From assembly GCA_965220275.1 (NCBI GenBank), contig CBDCPN010000019.1, positions 89,036-153,035 of the forward strand: a DNA stretch of 64,000 bases, in the 5' to 3' direction. The stretch is from Dehalococcoidia bacterium. Lineage in GTDB: Bacteria > Chloroflexota > Dehalococcoidia > Lucifugimonadales > Lucifugimonadaceae. The position numbers and the translations under genes were made by a program. The notes under the pieces are model-generated. The model did not search any database. It worked only from the letters and a program-made list of their open reading frames with translations, and was not told the DNA's origin. Below are positions 31,501 through 36,613 of this stretch, one piece after another. Positions within the stretch are counted from its first letter, which is position 1. Each line of letters begins with the position of its first letter.

Positions 31501-32805
31501 TGGCCGACCGTCTCAGGTCGAGCGCCACTGGCTGGTGTAAACGCGTTTGGTCTTTCCGGAGCAAACGCGCACGTACTGGTCGAAGGCTATGGACCACCTG
31601 AGGCTGAGGCCGAAATGAGTAACGGCGCCCGTTTACCAATTGGTAGTCCACTGGCAATTCCGGCTTCACTCGCGGAATCGGTTAACGATGATTCCAGGTC
31701 CGCGGAAGGAATGGCGGCTCGTGCCACCCGTCTGTTGCCGCTATCGGGCAAGTCAGAAGGCGCGCTTCGTGATCTCGCGGGTAGGTACTTGTCATGGCTA
31801 GGAGGAAATTCAGAGGAATTGCGTCTTGAAGGCGCTGCTGCCGACTCGGCCCTTGCAGACATGGCCTGGACAGCCGGAGAGGGACGGAGTCATTTCGAAT
31901 TCCGGTCGGGCCTCGTGTTCCGTGATGCTGCCCATTTGCAAGCAAAACTGGAAGCCCTCGCTGAAGCCGTCAAACCCTCGCAGACGACGATTCAAACGGC
32001 CGCGAAAGTGGCTTTTCTCTACGGAGGCCAGGGCGGCCGGTGGAAGGAAACTGCAGAGACCCTGTACTTGGCGGAACCTGTGGTGCGCGAAGTATTGGAT
32101 CGTTGCGATCGACTGTCACGCGACGAGATGGACTTTTCCCTGCTGGAGGCAATGTTCGGCCAACCCGACGACTCCGGGATTCCTGCCGACCTGGCCTGGC
32201 AGGCGCCGGCCGTCTATGCGTTCGAATGCGCGCTCACTGAACTTTGGGCAGGAGTGGGGGTACGGCCCACAGTGGTTTTGGGCCGCGGTACCGGTGAGAT
32301 CGCGGCGGCACAGGCGGCCGGAGTCCTAACTCTGGAAGATGGGCTGCGGGTCGCGTTGCAAGTGGGCAGGCCCGAATCGTCACTACCGACGATAGACGCG
32401 TTGCCGCCGGCCCTCACGTGGGTCAGCAGCGCAACCGGGCGCGTATTGCAACCGGACGAAAAGCTGGACCAGGACCACTGGAGAAACCTAGCTCAGCCGA
32501 CACAGCACTTCAGCCAGTGCATCCAGACGTTGTCTGAGTTGCACGTGGACGCGATCGTGGAGGTCGGAACCCAGGGTCTCCGTTCAGACGTAACGCCCCC
32601 TCGACCGGAGTCTCGCGAAAACGGGCGAAAACCGGTCTTGATTGAATCCACGTTTGGCAACGGCTACGGAGGTTTCGTGAAAGCCGTGGGGGCAGCATAT
32701 GAAGCCGGACTGTCGATTTCTTTCAAGGGGTTATTCGCCGGTGAGACGCGGCGGCGAGTTTCGTTGCCTGCATATCCGTTCCAGCGAAAGCGGTTCTGGA
32801 TCTAG
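22507..32805 (+). CDS. Type I polyketide synthase, 3432 aa: KS-AT-DH-cMT-(psiKR)-ER-KR-ACP-KS-AT0. It has no C-terminal ACP or TE.
   Basis: All domain motifs were read from the translation. KS1: DTACSSS(C187), EAHGTGT(H322), NIGHLE(H362). AT1: GHSLGE(S672), AYHS. DH: HRVYGRVVMP(H985), DFGP, LLDGCFQ. cMT: ILEVGAGTGSGT. ER: HTASGGVGLAAVQLA. KR: TGGMGGIG, WPK, FSS, but NHAAAN. ACP: LGMDSL(S2535). KS2: DLACASS(C2773), EAHAVGS(H2908), NIGHVE(H2948). AT2 has GRGTGE in place of GHSxGE. Confidence 0.95.
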   Translation: MKMDERLGSQSGEPIAIVGMACRFPGAPDVDAFWRLLERGENAITEGVPGSGVGRIGEFYSESDIQNDASRFGAFIDGIDQFDAEFFRISPVEAQLLDPQQRLMLETSWQALEDAGIDPERLKGSRSGVYIGISNMDYRFINMESSQTSEPAANLYTVSGTSLNTAAGRVAFALGLEGPAMAVDTACSSSLVAIHQSVSALQRGEANLILAGGVQVILSGRLTEFRANARMLSPDGQCKAFDASANGFVRGEGCGLVVLKRLSDAEADGDRIWSVILGSALNQDGTSTGLTVPNERAQAGVIADALDRAGVAPSEVDYLEAHGTGTEVGDPIELNAAAAVYGEGRNPDRPLLVGSVKTNIGHLEPTAGVAGLMKTVLSIQNRQIPKHLHFRDPNPRLDWDRLPVKIASELTEWPARPDRPPRAGISAYGWSGTNAHVIVEGYGEPANGSNAGRVPSRPVGIARAVSAPLQDSPSRGESNGVCIGRPARLLPLSAKSNEALQELSGHYLSWLDGGTGEFSQNGSVAGPDLADMAWTAGEGRSHFDFRAGVVFRDIGSLRANLAELAASDDPPEIRKASKVAFAYTGQGVQWLGMGEALYQSEPVARAVLDRCDQLMREERGASLLDVMFGRPEAAGDLDEPAWTQPAVYALECALTALWASVGIRPDVVVGHSLGEIAAAHTAGVFSLEDGLRFACTRGELLGSLPRAGAMAAVFAPASRVSEAVDEWNEAHAGADICVAVDNGMHQVVSGPKEEVHAFSEHLEASAVNVTRLRPSPAYHSPLVEPALDDLESFFSHITINPPALSLISNMTGGVMGPDEAQDGPYWRRHAREPVAFRDCVATLAELGVDAVVELGPHRVLGPLVSMNWPEDAGNAQPPVVLQSLLRPSFDGSEPERADAFVQAVAGAYEAGLPVSFAGLFAGETRRRVGLPGYPFQRRRHWVKLSGRRHRADAHPLLGVRHESPRGEMMFETEMSPFDPDWLDDHRVYGRVVMPGAVYGAMAASVSLADGTGPAVVEDLQLHNPLVFPEQDEESESDPPTRRMQLVLDPSENNRPRHFEVFSKGETEEAWTLHAEGSLASNAARSGSQQETDLEALKAGLQRQDLRAYYQAKASTGIDFGPRLLSLEALWGRSGEAVGDVVLQDTGEGIGSWVHPLLLDGCFQVLSAARDLAGMGSGATYLPFAWERLSVNGPLPERLVCHARMREVGGAAGSEPASSEQPETLTGDLWFYDSEGTALGELSGFIVKRATRAALLSASAGLQDMLYETVWRESPLLDRLQPADALAAPSTVATATGTFGDYLAREGVSPEERSALLDDLERLSRAYALAAMDRLGWERRPGATVDPESLREQLKVLPEHSILLERILRLMADAGILDRVGGNYLVKIGSGDPLPDNTLADPDAFNDQLTVQHPHGSVELGLLRRSGGALAPVLQGDTDPLSILFPREGPGIADYYFTAPASRATNQLLGDAVASAVANWPEDRPLRILEVGAGTGSGTSVVLPELQPGNFTYMFTDISAGFFAEAENRFGDSEAPLEYRALDIERNPCDQGFDLHAYDLVIAVNVLHATRNLGETLANCRELMAPSGKLIAVENLRGRGWQDMVFGQLDGWWRFSDEYRPDHALASPQVWRRALADTGFVESAVLGGEAGTDERPMGSGVVLAEGPPEVTWPAGAWVVAGGGDNVPGELASALADKNQAVVLAVAAAETGRTAAPAGIQCVTVDPDDRNSWLDLLNGLPEDLPLRGVVHCFATGGHGVQATTQEMAEDVRTAGQSALTLAQALQDADVSLDSGFWLVTEGAQALERDYLRESAGNLAGASLWGLGRVVAREAAHLCPRMLDLDPADKTQTDHLVNELMFPDPETQVAYRDGHRLAARLVRSGSARTRLDLPEEQTWRLMPDAEGALEGLHAEPTQQPDLQPGQVRVEVEAAGVNFLDVLLSLGVVESADPRLGEEFCGRVVEAAPDVTEFAAGDRVIGLAFGTFGPEVVTQADLVAPAPEGMSSAALATIPSAFVSAGLSFEEADLKPGDRVLIHTASGGVGLAAVQLAQAAGLEVFATASAPKRPYLRSLGIEHVFDSRTTGFGREILEATGGVGVNMVLNSLTGPGFIEDSLSCLADGGSFVEMGRRDIWNAEEMAAARPDVFYYVLELDWLKKNDPARPGSVLRDVMQMMTSSALKPLAHTRWPIAEAGAAMGFMQSARHIGKNVLVMPPVTGGQLRPDRTYLVTGGMGGIGIEVAKWLADLGAGVIVLNGRRPPDDEAEQAIEALRQRGADVRVELADMTDPEAVDAMLARIDAEMPDIAGVIHSVGVLSDAALGNQTWERFEQVLWPKILGAWHLHRATLDRDLDLFVLFSSITGVLGNSGQGNHAAANTFLDQLAEYRRSLGLPGQAIAWGAWSGLGEAEEQRERIERQLESSGTGWISPNQGLDAFDQVVRRDLTSCMVAAVDWPVFTEKFEDAPKFLEDLITSGSESEEDDAESSGPVDLMSEFRQSAPADRQGVVVAFVQQELQAVMRMPSVPAPTVGFFELGMDSLVAVEFRNRLNRSLAGDYVVSNTAVFDYPTVDDLARHLSEELNQVAGDESPEAIQDSPARATVPPVSRDPQEDAIAIVGMACRFPGAPDLSAYWDLLEAGRSAITDGRQDRGTWDGLTGDPAAKDAAYRRGGFVEGLDQFDARFFRIAPIEARMMDPQQRMLLETSWQALEDAAINPDRLRGSRTGVYAGVGSAEYRDLIAAGGQEDSYLGTAASVAVGRVAFALGLEGPAMPVDLACASSLAAVHQAAEALRRSEVDLAIAGGVNATLSQGFTRFHKDIGMLSASGHCNAFDAAADGYIRGEGCGVVVLKRLGDAEADGDRIWGLIRGSAVNQNGASAALTVPNGPAQERVMEAARTQAGVNPSDVDYLEAHAVGSQLGDPIELNAVASVYGRERDSQRPLLIGTVKSNIGHVEWAAGIAGFIKTVLSMKKGVIPESLHFKTPNPNVNWEQVPVKVTSGRTVWPTVSGRAPLAGVNAFGLSGANAHVLVEGYGPPEAEAEMSNGARLPIGSPLAIPASLAESVNDDSRSAEGMAARATRLLPLSGKSEGALRDLAGRYLSWLGGNSEELRLEGAAADSALADMAWTAGEGRSHFEFRSGLVFRDAAHLQAKLEALAEAVKPSQTTIQTAAKVAFLYGGQGGRWKETAETLYLAEPVVREVLDRCDRLSRDEMDFSLLEAMFGQPDDSGIPADLAWQAPAVYAFECALTELWAGVGVRPTVVLGRGTGEIAAAQAAGVLTLEDGLRVALQVGRPESSLPTIDALPPALTWVSSATGRVLQPDEKLDQDHWRNLAQPTQHFSQCIQTLSELHVDAIVEVGTQGLRSDVTPPRPESRENGRKPVLIESTFGNGYGGFVKAVGAAYEAGLSISFKGLFAGETRRRVSLPAYPFQRKRFWI
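22543..23832 (+). other. PKS domain: ketosynthase 1 (Cys-His-His triad intact)
   Basis: Runs from EPIAIVGMACRFPG to NAHVIVEGY. The Cys codon is at 23065-23067. Confidence 0.9.
24238..25095 (+). other. PKS domain: acyltransferase 1 (active; GHSLGE suggests malonyl-type, but the specificity motif is the atypical AYHS)
   Basis: FAYTGQG, GHSLGE (Ser codon 24520-24522), AYHS and VELGPH. The post-AT linker YPFQRRRHW follows. Confidence 0.85.
25366..26275 (+). other. PKS domain: dehydratase (motifs intact)
   Basis: HPLLG, HxxxGxxxxP (His codon 25459-25461), a G.DFGP motif and LLDGCFQ. Confidence 0.85.
26848..27430 (+). other. PKS domain: C-methyltransferase (SAM-dependent)
   Basis: LRILEVGAGTGSGT (motif I), followed by DLVIAVNVLHAT and GKLIAVE. 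It sits between DH and ER, as in methylating highly reducing PKSs. Confidence 0.85.
28190..29141 (+). other. PKS domain: enoylreductase (MDR type, NADPH motif intact)
   Basis: GQVRVEVEAAGVNFLD and HTASGGVGLAAVQLAQAAG. Confidence 0.85.
29172..29715 (+). other. PKS domain: ketoreductase catalytic subdomain. Lys and Ser are present, but the catalytic Tyr position is His.
   Basis: TYLVTGGMGGIGIEVAKWL, LSD (B-type-like), WPK and FSS. GQGNHAAAN has codon CAC at 29614-29616, where canonical KRs have Y in the YAAAN motif. Confidence 0.8.
30004..30237 (+). other. PKS domain: integrated ACP
   Basis: FFELGMDSLVAVEFRNRL. The phosphopantetheine Ser codon is at 30109-30111. Confidence 0.88.
30328..31590 (+). 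other. PKS domain: ketosynthase 2 (Cys-His-His retained)
   Basis: Runs from DAIAIVGMACRFPG to NAHVLVEGYG. The Cys codon is at 30823-30825. Flanking linkers are near-duplicates of those around KS1. Confidence 0.88.
32005..32580 (+). other. PKS domain: degenerate, truncated acyltransferase (AT0)
   Basis: GRGTGE (32281-32298) aligns to GHSxGE, so the nucleophile Ser is replaced by Gly and the His by Arg. There is no xAxHS motif. The domain is about 95 aa shorter than AT1. The post-AT linker YPFQRKRFWI is retained as the protein C-terminus. Confidence 0.75.
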
Positions 32806-32911
32806 GTACGAGCCCCAACGTGAAGGCGTCGGCCGGTTACTTACCTGCACAATCGTTTGCTATGCTAGTCTTCGTTTACCAAAGCCAATCATAATCGGAG
32901 GATTTGCGCAC

Positions 32912-33142
32912 ATGGCCTCGACCGAAGAAAGAGTCCGAAAGCTCGTTAGTGACAACCTGGAAGTAGACTTGCCGTCGGATCTGAACGTCTCCCTTGGTGA
33001 CCTCGGTGTGTCATCCATGGACATCGTCTCATTCGGGAGAGTCGTAGCTAAAGATTTCGACATCTCATTCACTGCCGAGGACTGTGCCAACGTGAATACC
33101 GTTCAGGGTTTGGTAGAGCACATCGACGGTCAGGCTGCCTGA
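32912..33142 (+). CDS. Discrete acyl carrier protein (ACP-A)
   Basis: 76 aa with an LGVSSMD phosphopantetheine attachment motif. GGAGGA lies 9 nt upstream of the ATG at 32912. The ORF-track extension back to 32699 overlaps the end of the PKS gene and was discarded. Confidence 0.85.
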   Translation: MASTEERVRKLVSDNLEVDLPSDLNVSLGDLGVSSMDIVSFGRVVAKDFDISFTAEDCANVNTVQGLVEHIDGQAA

Positions 33143-33172
33143 CTCAGCCCTCCACCGGGCGCCCGACATACA

Positions 33173-33883
33173 GTGTCCGCAGACACCGCCGGGTGCTGGT
33201 GGAGCCCGTTCAGGACGGTTGGCAACGCCACCGTCATACATGTTGATCTGAACCGTCACGCCGCCCGTGAATCACAGGGCGTGGCGTGGTTGGACGACGA
33301 AGAAGTCTCCCGGTCGCGGCTTTTCAGGCATGCTGGCGCGCGGCGCCAGTTCGTGTTGTGCCGCGCCGCGCTGCGCGCCATACTCTGCGGCAAACTCGGC
33401 TGCAAAAACGACCGGCTCTCGTTCGGCCTAACCGGCCACGGCAAGCCTTTCGCCGTGGTCCGGGGGAGCAAGGCGCCGGTCAGTTTCAGTGTGAGTCACA
33501 GCGGCAAGCACGGGCTGATCGCTATTGCGCCGGGAGGGCGACTCGGCGTGGATGTCGAAGAGCCCGTCGCCCGTCGCGATTTGGACGGGCTGATTGCAAC
33601 TCTGTTTGGGCCCGATGAACGTGCGGAACTGGATGCGTTAAGCGGAGAAAGTAAACTCCGCCTGTTTTTGGATTACTGGACAATCAAAGAGGCTCTGATC
33701 AAGGCGCTGGGTACCGGCCACAGAGTGGACGTGTCCAAGTTCCAGGTACCTGCAAAAATGCGGGATCGGGACCCGATCGGCATTTTCCGGTTCTCGCACT
33801 TACCAGACGTTCCCTGGCGAGTAGAGAATCTCGGCAATGAAGACTTCGCCGCTGCACTTGCCGTTGAAGTAAAACCTGTATGA
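33173..33883 (+). CDS. Sfp-type 4'-phosphopantetheinyl transferase
   Basis: Motifs GKPF, FSVSHSG, GVDVE and WTIKEALIKALG. The start codon (GTG at 33173) is uncertain. Confidence 0.85.
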   Translation: MSADTAGCWWSPFRTVGNATVIHVDLNRHAARESQGVAWLDDEEVSRSRLFRHAGARRQFVLCRAALRAILCGKLGCKNDRLSFGLTGHGKPFAVVRGSKAPVSFSVSHSGKHGLIAIAPGGRLGVDVEEPVARRDLDGLIATLFGPDERAELDALSGESKLRLFLDYWTIKEALIKALGTGHRVDVSKFQVPAKMRDRDPIGIFRFSHLPDVPWRVENLGNEDFAAALAVEVKPV

Positions 33884-33899
33884 TCGTCTTCTGCATTAG

Positions 33900-34856
33900 A
33901 TGAGTCGGCAGTCTCCTTCCCGCGTCGCAAGGAAGATCAGCAAATTCTCCATGTCTCTAGACCCCGCTTGGGAACTGCCCAAGCCTCTTTCCACGCATGA
34001 CGTTCAGGTGGACGACGACACCGTCATCGTCCTGAGGCGCCACGGCAATCCGGACGGCCCGCGACTCGTCATGAGCCACGGAAACGGCCTTGCGATCGAC
34101 CTCTATTACCCCTTCTGGTCCAGGTTGACCGGCGAATTCGACCTGATTGTCTACGACCAACGAAACCATGGCTGGAACGAACTGAGCATGCTCGAAAACC
34201 ACAACGTCCCCACCCTGGTCGCCGATCATGACGCCGTTCTCGAAGCAATAGACGACAAATACGGCCTGAAGCCTCAAGTTGGGGTTTTCCACTCTGTATC
34301 CGCCCTGGTGTCGCTCCTGTCGCCTGTTCGGGGAGTTCACTACTCTGCCCTCGTACTGTTCGACCCCCCTCTTTGCAAGCCCGGAAGAAGCCACAAGGAG
34401 TTCGAGGCCGCGGCCGTTCGCGCCGCGGGGTTCGCTCGCAACAGGACCGAGAAATTCCGAAGCAGGGAGCAGTTTTCTGACTTTCTTCCGTTCCTGCCTC
34501 CCTTCCAACGCTTTGCGCCCGGCGTCTTTGAACTCATGGCCGGTACGACGCTTCGTGAGCGCAACGGCGAACAAGGCTACGAACTGCGTTGCCCCGCCGC
34601 GTACGAAGCTCAGATGATCGACTACGCCAGCGTCTTCGGAGTGGCGGTGAACTTCGACACGCTGACGTGCCCGGTGAAGGTAATCGGAGCCGATCCCACC
34701 CTGCCCTATTCGTATCTACCTACGCTGGATATGACTGACATCCTGAGCGTGAACTACGATTTTCTGCCCGAAGCGACTCACTTTCTCCAACTCGAGAGGC
34801 CGGAAGCGTGCGCGGAGGTTATGCGGGAGTTCCTCAACCGGATCGAGTTCGGTTGA
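33900..34856 (+). CDS. Alpha/beta-fold hydrolase (candidate chain-release or acyl-transfer enzyme)
   Basis: An HGNG oxyanion-type motif early in the protein. The nucleophile-elbow region is VFHSVSA (atypical: Ser retained, flanking Gly residues not). The C-terminal EATHFLQLERPE is typical of the fold. Confidence 0.7.
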   Translation: MSRQSPSRVARKISKFSMSLDPAWELPKPLSTHDVQVDDDTVIVLRRHGNPDGPRLVMSHGNGLAIDLYYPFWSRLTGEFDLIVYDQRNHGWNELSMLENHNVPTLVADHDAVLEAIDDKYGLKPQVGVFHSVSALVSLLSPVRGVHYSALVLFDPPLCKPGRSHKEFEAAAVRAAGFARNRTEKFRSREQFSDFLPFLPPFQRFAPGVFELMAGTTLRERNGEQGYELRCPAAYEAQMIDYASVFGVAVNFDTLTCPVKVIGADPTLPYSYLPTLDMTDILSVNYDFLPEATHFLQLERPEACAEVMREFLNRIEFG

Positions 34857-34916
34857 GCGACCACTACCCGGACTGACGCCCGGGACCGACAGCGTCTCCG
34901 GGCCGCTTCGGCTGGG

Positions 34917-36344
34917 GTGAATAACGCCAGCGAATTTTTTGGGGATTCGTGGTCAATGGCAACCGGCCGGAAAAAGACGAAGTTGCGCCGCATAGCCATA
35001 GTTGGAGGCGGCATTTCCGGGTTGGGGGCGGCATGGGCTATGAACCGGCACCCGGACCGTTTTGACTTCCGCCTGTATGAGGCCCAGTCTCGAATCGGCG
35101 GGAACGCAGTAACGGCGGATATGCCGCAAGATGACGGCTCTTCAATCCCGTTCGACATTTCCGTCACCGCCTGCATCCCATCCGTATATCACCACATCCT
35201 CCTCCTGATGCAGCGGTACGGCATCGATCTGGTCGACACCAGGTTCAGCTACAGCGTGAAGTACCGCGGCCAGGTATACGCCCACGACTTCGACTCTGAG
35301 ATCAGGGAACAGCTACAACCAGAGATCGCAAAGTTCCAGCGGATCTTGAAACGCCTGCACTGGTTCGGCGCTCTGAGCCGGTCCCGGTCAAAGTGCGTGA
35401 ACGCCCTCAACCCGCTCAACTACGTGAGCATGGGCACCGTCCTGAACCTCGCAGGACTATCCGGGGATTTTCGCTACAAGGTGCTGAAGCCCATGTTCGT
35501 CAATTTCCTGATGGCGACCAATGTGTTCGACATGCCGGCCGCCCTTTTCGCCAGGTATCTCGAATTCTTCGACATTGAGACCGCCACGACGATGCACACC
35601 TGGGACAGGGGAACACGGAACATCTACGAACACTTGTCCGCCGACTTCAGGGACAAGATATACCTCAACCGTCCTGTACGAAAAGTGTATCGACGGCCTT
35701 TCGGGGTTGAGATCGAAGACGAAAATGGCGTTAAGGAAACCTATGACGACGTGATATTTGCGTGTAACGCAAATCAGACCTTGATGATCCTGGACAAGCC
35801 CACGTTATTGGAGCGATACACACTCTCCTCGGTCCGTTATGAAAGTGAACTACACAACCACACGCTTGTTCACTGGGACTCGTCAGTACTGCCGGATAAC
35901 GAAGTGAGGCCGTTGGAAACGCGTAGCAATCACATAGAACAATACGGCGTGAGACCAGACAACTATGAAATCACCTACATCATGCACAACCAGCAGCCAT
36001 GGGTCAGCCGGTCAGACAAGCCGTGCCTGGTAACTTACAACCCCATAAGTGAGATAGATCGCGGAAAAGTCGTCGGGAGGTGGTGGTTCCAACACATCGT
36101 GCATGACGTTCGCCATGTCGCACTGCTGATTCCTATGTTCCGGTTCATCCAGGGCAAGCGCCGGACCTGGCACTGCGGCGCTCACACGCTGGTCAACAGC
36201 CAGGAGACATGTTTCGTAAGCGGGCTCGCAGCAGCGAAGCAGATCGGCGCTGATTATCCGTTCGAAGACCCCGAGGCGAGGCGGTCCTTCAACTACTACG
36301 GGGGCATCATGTTTGGGTGGCGCTTCAAAAAGGCCAAGGGCTGA
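34917..36344 (+). CDS. FAD/NAD(P)-binding oxidoreductase, amine-oxidase/phytoene-desaturase-like (COG2907 type)
   Basis: RIAIVGGGISGLGAAWAM...YEAQSRIGGN dinucleotide-binding motif. 475 aa. The start may instead be the ATG at 34956. Confidence 0.75.
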   Translation: MNNASEFFGDSWSMATGRKKTKLRRIAIVGGGISGLGAAWAMNRHPDRFDFRLYEAQSRIGGNAVTADMPQDDGSSIPFDISVTACIPSVYHHILLLMQRYGIDLVDTRFSYSVKYRGQVYAHDFDSEIREQLQPEIAKFQRILKRLHWFGALSRSRSKCVNALNPLNYVSMGTVLNLAGLSGDFRYKVLKPMFVNFLMATNVFDMPAALFARYLEFFDIETATTMHTWDRGTRNIYEHLSADFRDKIYLNRPVRKVYRRPFGVEIEDENGVKETYDDVIFACNANQTLMILDKPTLLERYTLSSVRYESELHNHTLVHWDSSVLPDNEVRPLETRSNHIEQYGVRPDNYEITYIMHNQQPWVSRSDKPCLVTYNPISEIDRGKVVGRWWFQHIVHDVRHVALLIPMFRFIQGKRRTWHCGAHTLVNSQETCFVSGLAAAKQIGADYPFEDPEARRSFNYYGGIMFGWRFKKAKG

Positions 36345-36613
36345 ATACAGCGGCCCACCCTGCGGCCCGTGGTGAACCTCAGACCGCATCTTTGTATCGC
36401 GGAATACGTGCAGTCGTGCCGCCTTGCATCGCGAATGAACGAACACTCACACTCCCGTATACGCGGTGAAGCGGACGCGACGTTGACGCGCGACGACGGC
36501 GAACAGGCATACCCTGCGCGTTTCCCGAAATTCATCCACCCGTCAGTCAAAACTCCATAAGTTACAATTAATTCAGTTACGGCACGCGGGCTCGTTCCAC
36601 GCATTGAGACCGA

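Noticed and set aside
32699-32911. Long upstream extension of the ACP ORF overlapping the end of the PKS gene
   Set aside because: ACPs are about 80 aa. The extension is Arg/Ser/Gly-rich nonsense translated from the other frame of the PKS 3' end. The ATG at 32912 has a GGAGGA Shine-Dalgarno sequence.
33900-34856. Calling the alpha/beta hydrolase a classical type II thioesterase
   Set aside because: The nucleophile elbow reads FHSVSA rather than GxSxG, and I could not recognise the TEII-specific motifs by eye. It is left as a generic alpha/beta hydrolase with a possible release or acyl-transfer role.
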